Shown one piece after another: positions 51,116-60,778 of a stretch of 64,000 bases of DNA. The notes below the pieces were generated by a model that saw only the letters and a list, made by a program, of their open reading frames with translations, did no database searches and was not told the origin of the DNA. Positions within the stretch are counted from its first letter, which is position 1. Every line of letters starts with the position of its first letter. The stretch is from Minisyncoccota bacterium (GTDB taxonomy: Bacteria > Patescibacteriota > Minisyncoccia > Moranbacterales > GCA-2747515): contig CALDDM010000002.1 of assembly GCA_937936355.1 (NCBI GenBank), forward strand, positions 93,173 to 157,172, written 5' to 3'. Made by a program: the position numbers and the translations under genes.

Positions 51116-51223
51116 CTCCTTGTGATGTAAATGAACGATATGTCTACACTACAGATATCTTTCTTATTTGTCTTTTTGTCGACGGCACTCGACAAATATT
51201 GATCGATTTGATATTCTCAAGCT

Positions 51224-51976
51224 ATGAATATTTCTCACATATTAGTGCATCTTGGCTTCACAGAAGCGCAACAAAAGGTATACCTCTCCCTTCTTTATGA
51301 TGGTGAGGCTGGTGCTCGCATGATCTCCTCTCGCACAGGTATTACGCGGACATCTGTTTATGATCAAATTGAAACATTGAAAGACCGAGGCTTGGTCGCC
51401 GACTACACAACAGAAGGGGCGACAACTTTTCTCGTCAAAGACCCAGAGCAGATTGTGCGACTACTCAAGGAGGATATTGACGTTACGCAAGGACATATTG
51501 CGTATGCGCAAGATATTTTGCCAACATTACAAAAGAGGGTGTCGTCTGATCAGCCACGTATTGTCTTTTTTGAGGGGGTGGAGGGCATAAAGCAGATGAT
51601 GAAGGACATGTTGTGGCATGACGGTATAATGCTGCAGATTTATTGGTCATACAGTGAGACGTTGAAAGTTTTTGGAGAGGACTTTTTGCTGTGGTTTAAT
51701 AGTCGTCGGATAAAAAATGAGATTGCTGTACAGGCTATTTGGCCTGTGGGAATGAAAAAAAAGAAAGATCATATCTTTGCTGACAGGGACAGGCTTGTTG
51801 AGCGGCGTTATGTGACATGTGCCGATGTGCCAGCGATGAGTTATATTATCTACGAAGATAAAGTGCTATTCCTTAGCTCCGCTCGTGAGGCTTTTGGTTA
51901 TGTTGTGACGAGTCGTGAGCATGCCACATTGCAGCGGATGCAGTTCCAGGCTTTGTGGAAGGCGTCTAAGGTGTGA
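51224..51976 (+). CDS. TrmB-family transcriptional regulator
   Basis: 250 aa. N-terminal LGFTEAQQKVYLSLLYDGEAGARMISSRTGITRTSVYDQIETLKDRGLV is a TrmB-type wHTH. Confidence 0.7.
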   Translation: MNISHILVHLGFTEAQQKVYLSLLYDGEAGARMISSRTGITRTSVYDQIETLKDRGLVADYTTEGATTFLVKDPEQIVRLLKEDIDVTQGHIAYAQDILPTLQKRVSSDQPRIVFFEGVEGIKQMMKDMLWHDGIMLQIYWSYSETLKVFGEDFLLWFNSRRIKNEIAVQAIWPVGMKKKKDHIFADRDRLVERRYVTCADVPAMSYIIYEDKVLFLSSAREAFGYVVTSREHATLQRMQFQALWKASKV

Positions 51977-52008
51977 TGCTTCGCATGATTTTTGTGTGGT
52001 GATAATTC

Positions 52009-54882
52009 GTGTATGATGAAACTATGGTAACGAAAGAAAAAAATAAGCGGAAACTTCTGATGCTGCTGGACGGAAATGCGATTATCCACAGGGCTTTTCA
52101 TGGTGTGCCACCACTCACACTTGCCGATGGAACACCCTCAAATGCTGTGTATGGTTTTGCCTCGACACTTTTGTCAGTTCTAGAAAAATTTCAACCTGAT
52201 TATGTTGTTGCTACATTTGATTTGCCTGGAAAAACCTTCCGTCATGACTTGTATCCTGAGTATAAAGGGAAGCGTAAAGCGATGGATGAAGACTTGATAC
52301 CGCAGTTCGACCTTGTTAAGGAGGTCGTACGGGGCTTGAATATTGAAATTGTGGAGAAGTCTGGTTTTGAGGCTGATGATGTGATTGGCACCCTTGGCGT
52401 GCAGGCTACTGCTGCGGGTGTTGATACGGTTATAGTGACGGGGGATCGGGATACATTGCAACTTGTAGATGATCATGTGAAGGTTTTTACGATGTCACGT
52501 GGTCTGCATGATATGCGCTTGTACGATGCAGAAGCTGTCTATGACAAGATGGGTGTGCATGTGGCGCAGGTTGTTGATTTTAAGGGTATTTGTGGAGATA
52601 GTAGTGATAATATCCCTGGCGTTAAGGGTATTGGTGAAAAAGGAGCGCAGCAACTTCTTGAGAAATATGGTGATTTGGACGGCGTGTATGCCCATATCGA
52701 TGAGATTTCTGGAGCTCAGCATAAAAAGCTTGTTGCAGACAAGGAGATGGCTTATCTTTCTCGTACGCTTGGTGTGATTGATTGCGCTGTGCCTGTGAAG
52801 TTGTCTTTGTCTGCATCTAGTAGTGCTGACATTGACTTTTCTGGTGGTCGTGCGGTTTTTGGGAAGTTTCAGTTTACGAGTCTTATGAAGCGACTTGATA
52901 AAAAGAATGCTCTTGAGGGCGATCAGTCTGAGGGTGATCAGCGCGACTCATCTAGTAGTGCAGAGGGTAGTGTTTCTCAGAAGAAAAAACAGACTAAAAG
53001 CTCAAAAAAATCTACCAAGAAAGATGGTTCGAGTATGGAGAATTTTCGTATTTTGGAGGGTGTTCTTGCGCGCGAATATATGGGTGTGCATGAGCGCGAT
53101 GTAGTTTGTGCTGTTTTTGATTTTGATGCTTCACGTATTGTGGGAGCTGCTTTTGTTTGTGTGTCTGCCGATGGTGAGGTGGGTAGTGCTGCGTATATTC
53201 CACGTAGTGATGATTTGGCTCAGGCATTTGATTTTTTTATTGGTCCGCAGGGTGCTCGTTTGTGTGTTTATGACGCAAAGGCTCTGTGGCATTCCTGCAA
53301 GAGTGTAGTGAGTCATGATTCTGATTCTCGTATAACATCAGAATCGCGCTGCTCTCAGGTGGAGCTTTTGCCTGTTATTTGGCGAGATGTACACCTTCTT
53401 GCGTATAGTGCGCGCACGGGGCGCAAGATCGACGTGGAGAGTTTGGTCTATGAAGTCGTTGGCAGTGCTTATGTGGAATCAGTTGCTGGTGCGCAGATGG
53501 CGCTTGATTTGCGCGATGATGGTGCTGTGCGTATGACGTGTGCGCAGCAGGCTTGGCAGCAGGCAAAGGTTTATGTGCGAATGGTGGCTGAGATGGATGA
53601 TATTGCATCGCATCAGCGAGATGTTTCTCCTAGAACGTCACAAGACGTGCCTACTGTGTGGCATGTTTTTAATGATCTTGAAATGCCACTTGCACGGATA
53701 CTGTATGACATGGAATGTGTGGGTATCGGTTTCGATGAGCGTGTTTTTGAAAAGATCTCCACTAAGACAGAGAAGTTACTTGCTCGCTTGACGCAGGAGA
53801 TTTATGACCTTGCAGGGAGTGAGTTTAACATTAATTCTACAAAGCAATTGCGCACTGTCCTTTTTGAGACACTGCGGATTCCTACGGACAGTATCAAGAA
53901 AACGAAGACAGGCTTCTCAACTGCTTCTAGCGAGCTTGAGAAAATAAAGCAACTCCATCCTATTGCGCATAAAATTGAATCGTATCGTGAGCTTTTTAAA
54001 CTGAAAACGACTTATATTGACACTTTGCCACTTCTTGCACGTGTCGATAGTCGTATTCATACAACATACAATCAGGCTGTGACGTCGACTGGTCGTCTCT
54101 CTTCCTCTGATCCTAATTTGCAAAATATCCCTGTACGCACTGAGGCTGGTCGCGCTTTGCGTGAAGCCTTTGTTGCCCGTTCTGGTTATAGCTTTATAAG
54201 TGCTGATTACTCACAGGTTGAATTGCGATGCGTGGCACATGTCGCTCAGGATAAGGCGATGATTCAGGCATTTCATGAGAATGCAGATATTCACACTTTT
54301 ACGTCAGCTCGCGTTATGGGTAAGGCGATGGAGGACATAACTAAAGCAGAGCGATCACGTGCAAAGGAGTTGAATTTTGGTCTGATTTACGGCATGGGAG
54401 CAACGAGTTTTGCCAAGGCTTCAGGTTTGAGTAATGCTGAGGCGCGTGCATTTATAGAGAAGTATTTTGACACATTTCATGGTGTGCGTGACTATATGGC
54501 ACAAACAAAGATTTTGGCACATGAGAATGGCTTCGTGGAGACAATTGAAGGGCGTCGTTACCATATAAATGGTATAGCATCCAAGAATGCGATGATGCGA
54601 GCTGGTGCCGAGCGTGCTGCGATTAATATGCCGATACAGGGATTGGCAGCTGAGCTTATGAAGCTGGCAATGATCGCAGTTGATTGTCATATCAGATCAC
54701 ACTACCCCGATGATGATGTCCAAATGCTATTGCAGGTGCATGATGAAATTATTCTGGAAGTGCCAGACGTAATTGTGAAAGATGTCATGGTGGATGTGCG
54801 TAAGGTTATGGAGGGTGTGCACACTTTGGATGTGCCACTTGTTGCCGATGCTGAGATTGGACAGCATTGGGGTGCATTATAG
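52009..54882 (+). CDS. polA: DNA polymerase I (5' nuclease + degenerate 3'-5' exo-like region + family A polymerase)
   Basis: 957 aa. 5' nuclease LLDGNAIIHRAFHG. Pol motif A SADYSQVELR, motif B RSRAKELNFGLIYGM, motif C LQVHDEIILE. The exo I position reads FDFD (no DxE). A K/S-rich low-complexity insert lies at about aa 300-345. Confidence 0.93.
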   Translation: MYDETMVTKEKNKRKLLMLLDGNAIIHRAFHGVPPLTLADGTPSNAVYGFASTLLSVLEKFQPDYVVATFDLPGKTFRHDLYPEYKGKRKAMDEDLIPQFDLVKEVVRGLNIEIVEKSGFEADDVIGTLGVQATAAGVDTVIVTGDRDTLQLVDDHVKVFTMSRGLHDMRLYDAEAVYDKMGVHVAQVVDFKGICGDSSDNIPGVKGIGEKGAQQLLEKYGDLDGVYAHIDEISGAQHKKLVADKEMAYLSRTLGVIDCAVPVKLSLSASSSADIDFSGGRAVFGKFQFTSLMKRLDKKNALEGDQSEGDQRDSSSSAEGSVSQKKKQTKSSKKSTKKDGSSMENFRILEGVLAREYMGVHERDVVCAVFDFDASRIVGAAFVCVSADGEVGSAAYIPRSDDLAQAFDFFIGPQGARLCVYDAKALWHSCKSVVSHDSDSRITSESRCSQVELLPVIWRDVHLLAYSARTGRKIDVESLVYEVVGSAYVESVAGAQMALDLRDDGAVRMTCAQQAWQQAKVYVRMVAEMDDIASHQRDVSPRTSQDVPTVWHVFNDLEMPLARILYDMECVGIGFDERVFEKISTKTEKLLARLTQEIYDLAGSEFNINSTKQLRTVLFETLRIPTDSIKKTKTGFSTASSELEKIKQLHPIAHKIESYRELFKLKTTYIDTLPLLARVDSRIHTTYNQAVTSTGRLSSSDPNLQNIPVRTEAGRALREAFVARSGYSFISADYSQVELRCVAHVAQDKAMIQAFHENADIHTFTSARVMGKAMEDITKAERSRAKELNFGLIYGMGATSFAKASGLSNAEARAFIEKYFDTFHGVRDYMAQTKILAHENGFVETIEGRRYHINGIASKNAMMRAGAERAAINMPIQGLAAELMKLAMIAVDCHIRSHYPDDDVQMLLQVHDEIILEVPDVIVKDVMVDVRKVMEGVHTLDVPLVADAEIGQHWGAL

Positions 54883-54992
54883 ATTTCGTCTCTTTTTTGG
54901 GTATTAGAGTTATTTGCTTGAAAAGCTTTGTAGAGGAGATCGTGATTGGGTGTTGTGTTATAATGATTTTTATAAGAATTATAGGGGAATTT

Positions 54993-56249
54993 ATGGAGCA
55001 GATTATACATTTTGTCCGACAGTATTGGAAGATTTTTGTGCCGGTTTTGATTGCTCTTTTGGCAATTGTGTTGCTTAAGGGTTGTACTAAGAAGGATGAT
55101 GTTGTTGTTGATACGAAAGAAGAGGTTCAGGAAGTGGTGCAAGGTGATTATTTGCCCTATGATGCCCCTGCAAATGCTTCACCGCTCACCGGTGAGTCGT
55201 GTGCGAACTACGATAAGCGTGCATTTGGGGTGATGTTTTCTGGTAGTACAGATGCTCGACAGGTATATCATAACCTTGATAAGGCGGATTTTGTTTTGGA
55301 GATGCCACATCGTCCGATGCATGGTGAGCCAAGAATTCTTGCTGTTTATCAGTGTGATACTCCTGACAAAGTTGGTCCGATGCGAAGTGGTCGCGTAGAT
55401 CATATCAGTGTTGCACAGTCAGTTGGTGCAATTTATGCGCCATGGGGTAAGTCAAGCATTGCGGGGGCCCTTCTTTCTCGAGAGAGTGTCGAGCATATAG
55501 AGGTTGGTGACGGTATTCGTGCAAATGATGGGTCTCGTGTTGGCTTTATAGATCGCAGTATACGTATGACGAGTGCCAACCCTGCCTTTGCTGATGTGTC
55601 AGGCTTGATAAGTGCTGCTGCAGACCGTGGGTATAATACTTCATCTCAAACAGAGTCTTTTGCGCATCAGGGCGAGCCAGCTCTTGAGGATCGACCGAGC
55701 TATCAGAAGATTAATGTGAAATTTGAAGGAGATAGTCGGGTGCAGTATTTCTATGATAAAGAGACTAACAGCTATCTGCGTACATATGGCGATGATCCGC
55801 ATGTTGACTTTGTCTCGAAGCAACAGTATGCCCCAAAGAATATTATTACAATCATCACCAAAAAAGAAGCGTGGTGGGTTGATAATGATTTTGCGCAACG
55901 TGGTCTAGATAATCCATGGGAGGGTGTGCCGACTGATTATCAAAATCGTGATAATGGTCAATATCCAAACATGCAGTTAGGAGATCCGTGGTTTGATACA
56001 AAGTTTGAGGATGAGGCGCGATTCTTCTTTAATGGTCGCGAGATCGATGGTACGTGGAGGCGAGCTGATGCGCCAAATGCCCCATTTGAGTTTTTTGATG
56101 AGAATGGCGCCCCTATTCGTTTTGCACCAGGTCAAATATGGCTCCATGTCTTGGGACACAAGCAGAGAGTTTCACATACATCTGAGGAGGAGTATCTTGA
56201 AGAGCAGGCTAAGGCAGAGCGCGAAGCGGCATCTGGTGGTGCGCTCTAG
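54993..56249 (+). CDS. DUF3048-like lipoprotein
   Basis: ORF 54867..56249; ATG 54993 (MEQIIHFVRQYWKIFVPVLIALLAIVLLKGC) gives a signal/lipobox. GPMRSGRVDH and later pattern resemble DUF3048. Confidence 0.55.
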   Translation: MEQIIHFVRQYWKIFVPVLIALLAIVLLKGCTKKDDVVVDTKEEVQEVVQGDYLPYDAPANASPLTGESCANYDKRAFGVMFSGSTDARQVYHNLDKADFVLEMPHRPMHGEPRILAVYQCDTPDKVGPMRSGRVDHISVAQSVGAIYAPWGKSSIAGALLSRESVEHIEVGDGIRANDGSRVGFIDRSIRMTSANPAFADVSGLISAAADRGYNTSSQTESFAHQGEPALEDRPSYQKINVKFEGDSRVQYFYDKETNSYLRTYGDDPHVDFVSKQQYAPKNIITIITKKEAWWVDNDFAQRGLDNPWEGVPTDYQNRDNGQYPNMQLGDPWFDTKFEDEARFFFNGREIDGTWRRADAPNAPFEFFDENGAPIRFAPGQIWLHVLGHKQRVSHTSEEEYLEEQAKAEREAASGGAL

Positions 56250-56352
56250 TCTTTTACTGATAAAGCGTCATACTGCGCGGTTGTAGTTGGCGCTTTTTTT
56301 GTTGCTCCTATAGAATGTATACAAGGTAAGCGATATTTTTGACTATACATCT

Positions 56353-57300
56353 GTGATATTCTTTTTTTATGGCAAAGAGGCATTTCAACCGCTTGAGCGT
56401 ATTAGAGCGCTACGAGATCGATTTTTGGTAAAAAATCCTGCAGGCAGTGGCTACCATTTTCTTGATTGTGATGACGGAAAGAGTCTTGGGGAAATTGGCC
56501 ATGTACTTAGCGCACAAAATCTCTTTGCTCAGGAGCAACTTGTCGTGATCAAAGATTTTTTCTCCTGCAATGATGCTCATGCTCAAAAAGAGTTGATTCC
56601 ACTTCTTGAGCGCTCGGGCGATGATGTGATTGTTGTTTGGGAGCGGTGCGTTCCCCGCAAAAATGCAAAGCTCTTTACGTGGCTTGTGCAGAATTCTTCT
56701 GACACGCAATTATATAACTTTCTTGAGGGTCCAGCGCTATCTCAGTGGGTTTCAGGTCGGTTTAAGTGGTATGGAGGAGGCGCTGATGCACGTGCTTGCA
56801 CTCTACTTGCTTCTGGCATTGGTAACGATCTTTTTCGCCTTGATTGTGAGATACTTAAACTTGTAACGTATGCTTCTGGACGTACAGTTACGTCGCAAGA
56901 CATTATGCTGCTCGTGAAGATGGACGTGGGTGGTGATATTTTTGGTGCTGTAGAGATTCTTGCGTATGGTGATCGTGTGCAGGCTTTACGTCTCATGCAT
57001 AAACAAATTGCTTCGGGGGATGATATTCATTATATTTTTTCTATGTACTTGTATCAGGTGCGAACACTCCTGGCAATATCTGGTATGTACCATGATAAAG
57101 ATCAGAGAGATAAGTCTATTATCGCAAAAGCGTGTAAATTACATCCTTATGTTGTGCAGAAATCCTTACCAATTCTTGCGAGGGTTTCTCAGCGTCAGTT
57201 ACTGCGTGCGCATGACCTACTCGCATCTATCGATCAAGATATGAAGCTTGGAAAAAGAGATGTGCAGACGGCGCTTACACACTTTGTGACCACCTTTTAG
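56353..57300 (+). CDS. holA: DNA polymerase III delta subunit (HolA)-like
   Basis: 315 aa with a GTG start. N-terminal IFFFYGKEAFQPLERIRAL pattern, and size and helical C-terminus consistent with HolA. Assignment is by pattern only. Confidence 0.6.
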   Translation: MIFFFYGKEAFQPLERIRALRDRFLVKNPAGSGYHFLDCDDGKSLGEIGHVLSAQNLFAQEQLVVIKDFFSCNDAHAQKELIPLLERSGDDVIVVWERCVPRKNAKLFTWLVQNSSDTQLYNFLEGPALSQWVSGRFKWYGGGADARACTLLASGIGNDLFRLDCEILKLVTYASGRTVTSQDIMLLVKMDVGGDIFGAVEILAYGDRVQALRLMHKQIASGDDIHYIFSMYLYQVRTLLAISGMYHDKDQRDKSIIAKACKLHPYVVQKSLPILARVSQRQLLRAHDLLASIDQDMKLGKRDVQTALTHFVTTF

Positions 57301-57384
57301 AGAACGTATCCATGCGCTATGTGTGGCCTGCTGATGAGATTTTGATGGGTGTTGTTACAAAATATATTCTTTTTCCAATAAAAA

Positions 57385-57424
57385 AACCACTCTCGTGCAG
57401 CACGCGTTTTGAGTGGTTTTCTCT
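57385..57424. terminator. bidirectional terminator between holA and rpsT
   Basis: AAAAAAACCACTC...GAGTGGTTTTCTC forms an outer 8-bp stem with an inner CGTG/CACG stem. Confidence 0.7.
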
Positions 57425-57435
57425 GAAAGAGTTGG

Positions 57436-57705
57436 CTATTTTGTAGTAGCTTCTTTGAGCGCTTTTGAAAGGCGTGATTTTTTACGTGATGCCGCGTTTT
57501 TCTTGATCACGTTTTTTTGGACGCCTTTGTCAAGGCTTTTTTGTACATTGATGAAGAGATCCTTTGCATCGTCGAGCTTTTTTTCTTGGAGTGCTGTTTG
57601 AAAAGCTTTGATCGCGCTACGAAATGATCCGCGTACTTGTCGGTTGCGTAGCGTTTTTGTGACTGATTTACGCATCTCTTTCTTGGCAGAATTTTTGATT
57701 GGCAT
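57436..57705 (-). CDS. rpsT: 30S ribosomal protein S20
   Basis: 89 aa. MPIKNSAKKEMRKSVTKTLRNRQVRGSFRSAIK is a typical S20 N-terminus. Confidence 0.92.
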   Translation of the reverse strand: MPIKNSAKKEMRKSVTKTLRNRQVRGSFRSAIKAFQTALQEKKLDDAKDLFINVQKSLDKGVQKNVIKKNAASRKKSRLSKALKEATTK

Positions 57706-57992
57706 AGTGGCTTATTTTCTAGATATTCTCTAGAGAAAGTTAAGATTTTACTGGAGGGTGATGTGTTGTAGATACAGGCAAGAGCGTGCCCCAACAAATC
57801 GAATTTACGGCTAGTTGATTATTTATATCACAAGATGTAGCTTTCTGCAAGATCTTCGTTTTGTTTTCTATATGGTCAAAATTCTTTTTGTGGATTTGTA
57901 GTGGTATACCTGTTAGAATTGCAGTATTATTCGCATGCAAATATAATATTTTTGACTGTAGATTTTGTGGGTGATTTTCTAAATTATATGTT

Positions 57993-58562
57993 ATGATTCG
58001 TTTTTTGACGGGAACTGTTTTGGCTAAAGATCTTACTGAGTTGACTGTGGATGTGTCAGGTGTGGGGTATGGCTTGTGGGTGCCAGAAAACACAAGTGCA
58101 AGTACTTCTGAGGGTGAAGATGTGCGTTTGTATGTTTATACGCACGTGCGAGAGCAAGAGATCACGCTTTATGGATTTCTTCATGAGAATGAGCGACGTA
58201 TGTTTGAGATGCTTATTGGTGTGAGTGGTATCGGACCCAAGGCGGGACTTGCGATTCTTGGTGTGGCCGATGTTAGCGCTCTGAGCGCTGCGATCCTCAA
58301 CAAGGATACATCAATTCTTACGAATGTCTCAGGTATCGGCAAGAAAACTGCCGAAAAGGTGATTATAGAGTTGCAGGGTAAGGTTGAGAATTTTGCTGTG
58401 GGTGATGCTGCGAGCGCATTGCGCGATAGTGGCGCTATTGATGCCTTGAAATCGATGGGGTACACCGTGGGCGAAGCGCGCGCAGCGCTTGAAGGCATTG
58501 ATCCATCTGTGCAGGATGTCAGTGAGCGGATCAAGCTTGCGCTCAAGAGTTTGGGTAAGTAG
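57993..58562 (+). CDS. ruvA: Holliday junction DNA helicase subunit RuvA
   Basis: 189 aa. MIRFLTGTV..., HhH motifs GVSGIGPKAGLAIL and NVSGIGKKTAEKVI, and a C-terminal domain III. Confidence 0.92.
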   Translation: MIRFLTGTVLAKDLTELTVDVSGVGYGLWVPENTSASTSEGEDVRLYVYTHVREQEITLYGFLHENERRMFEMLIGVSGIGPKAGLAILGVADVSALSAAILNKDTSILTNVSGIGKKTAEKVIIELQGKVENFAVGDAASALRDSGAIDALKSMGYTVGEARAALEGIDPSVQDVSERIKLALKSLGK

Positions 58563-58623
58563 GCGATCTTGGATTGGTAAGAGCCTCTTTTAAGCGTGTC
58601 TTGTGAGATATCTTTCAGAATAT

Positions 58624-58838
58624 GAAAAAAGCGCCCCGATAAATAATCGTGGGCGCTTGGTACTTCCGGTCAGACGGTACAGGCTTACAAGCATGTCGCA
58701 CGGTCTGTTCGCGCTTTCCACTAACCTGTTGCTTTATAATCTCATTATAACTCCTTGCCTCACTTGAGGTCGTTGAAATTCCGGCGATTTTTTCTCTGGA
58801 TCGCTGCCTTTTCTTACCCAGCTAAGGGCACGTGACAG
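58624..58838 (-). ncRNA. candidate structured ncRNA (~215 nt), family unassigned
   Basis: On the minus strand, promoter TTGACA (58873-58868), a 17-nt spacer, then TATTAT (58850-58845). Minus-strand terminator AGCGCCC-N14-GGGGCGCT+TTTTTT (58656-58624). The only SD-preceded ORF is a 3-codon MRL*. Several hairpins are visible (GCGAU-N11-AUCGC; CCUC-AAGU-GAGG; AGACCGU...ACCGUCU). Confidence 0.45.
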
Positions 58839-58844
58839 TAGATA

Positions 58845-58873
58845 CATAATATCATATAATATATATTATGTCA
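58845..58873 (-). promoter_or_regulatory. sigma70 promoter for the candidate ncRNA
   Basis: See the ncRNA entry. The -35 lies only about 6 nt from the terminator hairpin of the upstream pseudouridine synthase gene. Confidence 0.6.
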
Positions 58874-58878
58874 ATACA

Positions 58879-58904
58879 TAAAAAACCGCTTACAAGAGCG
58901 GTTT
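58879..58904 (-). terminator. rho-independent terminator of the pseudouridine synthase gene
   Basis: Minus strand: AAAACCGCT-CTTGTA-AGCGGTTTTTT. Confidence 0.75.
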
Positions 58905-58928
58905 TGGTGTGTTTATTGTTGATCCTTT

Positions 58929-59648
58929 TTATTTTTCAGATCTCTCTGTGATTTTTGCGATGTTCTCTGGGCGACATTTGCCTGCTGGGAGATCTTCGAG
59001 CTTGATGTTTGCGATGCGAATCCGTTTGAGGTCTGAGATGGTAAGTCCGAGGGCACCGCACATTTTACGGATCTGCCTATTGCGGCCCTCTGTGAGGGTT
59101 ATGGTAAACATATTTGCTGTTTTGCGTTTCACTTTAGCCTTTGCTGCTATTTTTTGTTCGCCGCTGTCGCTGATGCGTATTGTGCCAGATGCTAGTTTTT
59201 TGATTCCGCTGTCGCTGATTGGACTCTGGAGCGTAACGAGATATTCTTTTTCATGCTTATATTTGGGATGCGTTATTGCGTTCGCGAGCTCGCCATCGTT
59301 TGTCATGAGGATTAGTCCGCGTGACTCTTTATCGAGTCTTCCTATTGGGAAAACACGGTTTTTGCCAAAATCAAAATCAGCAAGGGATTTTGAACCTTCT
59401 TCAGGAGCTGCTGATGTAATTACGCCTTTTGGCTTGTTGAAAGCAAGAAGGATTTTTTGGGACGCCTCTTCTTGTTTCTTGATGCGCTTTCCATCTACTG
59501 TGATCGTTTCAGAGCCGTCTACTTTTTTGCCAAGTGCAATGTGCTGACCATTTACCGTGATTCGCTTTTCGACGATCATTTTTTCTATAGCACGGCGCGA
59601 TGCTACGCCGCAGCTCGCGAGATATTTTTGTATACGAATTTTTTCCAT
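58929..59648 (-). CDS. RsuA/RluB-family rRNA pseudouridine synthase (S4 domain + catalytic domain)
   Basis: 239 aa. S4-like IRIQKYLASCGVASRRAIEKMI. Catalytic GRLDKESRGLILMTNDGELAN. Confidence 0.88.
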   Translation of the reverse strand: MEKIRIQKYLASCGVASRRAIEKMIVEKRITVNGQHIALGKKVDGSETITVDGKRIKKQEEASQKILLAFNKPKGVITSAAPEEGSKSLADFDFGKNRVFPIGRLDKESRGLILMTNDGELANAITHPKYKHEKEYLVTLQSPISDSGIKKLASGTIRISDSGEQKIAAKAKVKRKTANMFTITLTEGRNRQIRKMCGALGLTISDLKRIRIANIKLEDLPAGKCRPENIAKITERSEK

Positions 59649-59757
59649 AATAGGTAGTTTTTAGTAGAAGTAAATCTACCATGTAATTGTCTTTTTGTAC
59701 AGTATATTTTTTAATTCCCTTGTTGACGCTTGTGTCCAAGGCCGATACCATGTTCAT

Positions 59758-60708
59758 ATGGATAATAATGACATGATGATTCCAGAGGGTGGTTTATTAC
59801 AAAGTGAGCAGTGGGCTGCTTTTTGGTGTGCATCTGATAAGGAGGTGGTGGAAATTTCCTATGGAGGTCATGTGATCTTTGGCGTCCGTACCTTATTGCC
59901 TGTTGTTGGGTTTCATTATCTCTATGTCCCAAGGTTGCCCGAGATTAGTGATGGCTTGTTGCGCGCTATTGTTCGTGCTGCTCAAGACCACCATTGCCAT
60001 TGGGTTCGTGTAGATTTGATGCGTCAGAGTGATGTGGATATTTTGCAAGGAATGTCTGTTGGTGCTTTGCGCGCGCCACATGATATGCAACCAGCTGAAA
60101 ATTTCATCATCGATATCGATGATGCGCCAGAAGATTTGCTCGGGCACATGAAGGCAAAGACACGTTACAATATCCGCCTCGCACAAAAAAAGGATGTAGA
60201 GGTATCAGTTGTGCGCGCAGGCGATCATGATTTTACCGAGTCTTTTGGATCCTTCTATCGCCTTGTAGAGGAAACCGCTCGACGAAAGGGTGTGCGATTC
60301 CATGATAAGTCGCATTATGCGCACATGTTTACGGCGCTGTCGCGCGATGTTATTGCTTTGTATGTTGCAAAATATCAGAATGAAATTATCGCAGCAAATA
60401 TAGTGACGTTTTATGGTGATACGGTGACGTACCTACATGGTGCCACAGGAGAGGCGCATCGCAGTGTGATGGCGCCGTTTCTTCTGCAATGGCAGGCAAT
60501 TCTGGACGCAAAGGATCGTGGGTGTACACGCTGTGATTTGGGTGGGTACTATACGTCAACAGATGATCCTGGTAAGCAGGGCATCTCACGCTTCAAAAAG
60601 GGTTTTGCACCTCAGGTAATTCCCACGGTGTCTGCTGGATCGTGGGACATTACTATTTCTCCTTTGTGTTATAGGGCGTATCAGTTTCTGCGCAAATTAA
60701 AGGGGTAA
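59758..60708 (+). CDS. FemAB/FemX-family peptidoglycan interpeptide-bridge aminoacyltransferase
   Basis: ORF 59695..60708; ATG 59758 preferred. KAKTRYNIRLAQKK, ...YLHGATGEAHRSVMAPFLLQWQAILDAKDRGCTRCDLGG is a typical FemAB pattern. Confidence 0.8.
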   Translation: MDNNDMMIPEGGLLQSEQWAAFWCASDKEVVEISYGGHVIFGVRTLLPVVGFHYLYVPRLPEISDGLLRAIVRAAQDHHCHWVRVDLMRQSDVDILQGMSVGALRAPHDMQPAENFIIDIDDAPEDLLGHMKAKTRYNIRLAQKKDVEVSVVRAGDHDFTESFGSFYRLVEETARRKGVRFHDKSHYAHMFTALSRDVIALYVAKYQNEIIAANIVTFYGDTVTYLHGATGEAHRSVMAPFLLQWQAILDAKDRGCTRCDLGGYYTSTDDPGKQGISRFKKGFAPQVIPTVSAGSWDITISPLCYRAYQFLRKLKG

Positions 60709-60714
60709 ACATAT

Positions 60715-60740
60715 GGAGGGAAATATTTCCCTCCTTTTTT
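60715..60740 (+). terminator. rho-independent terminator
   Basis: GGAGGGAAA-TA-TTTCCCTCC followed by TTTTTT. Confidence 0.8.
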
Positions 60741-60778
60741 AATGGTTAATTTTTGAAATTTCGTTTATACTTGATTTC

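Noticed and set aside
12524-58562. ruvC, ruvB and ruvA at three separate loci rather than a ruvAB(C) operon
   Set aside because: This is real but not unusual for reduced or rearranged genomes. It has no further implication that I can support.
58909-59547. 212-aa plus-strand ORF
   Set aside because: It is fully antisense to the pseudouridine synthase gene, whose S4 and GRLD catalytic motifs are unambiguous. Its composition (S/F/L/R-rich) is typical of a shadow frame.
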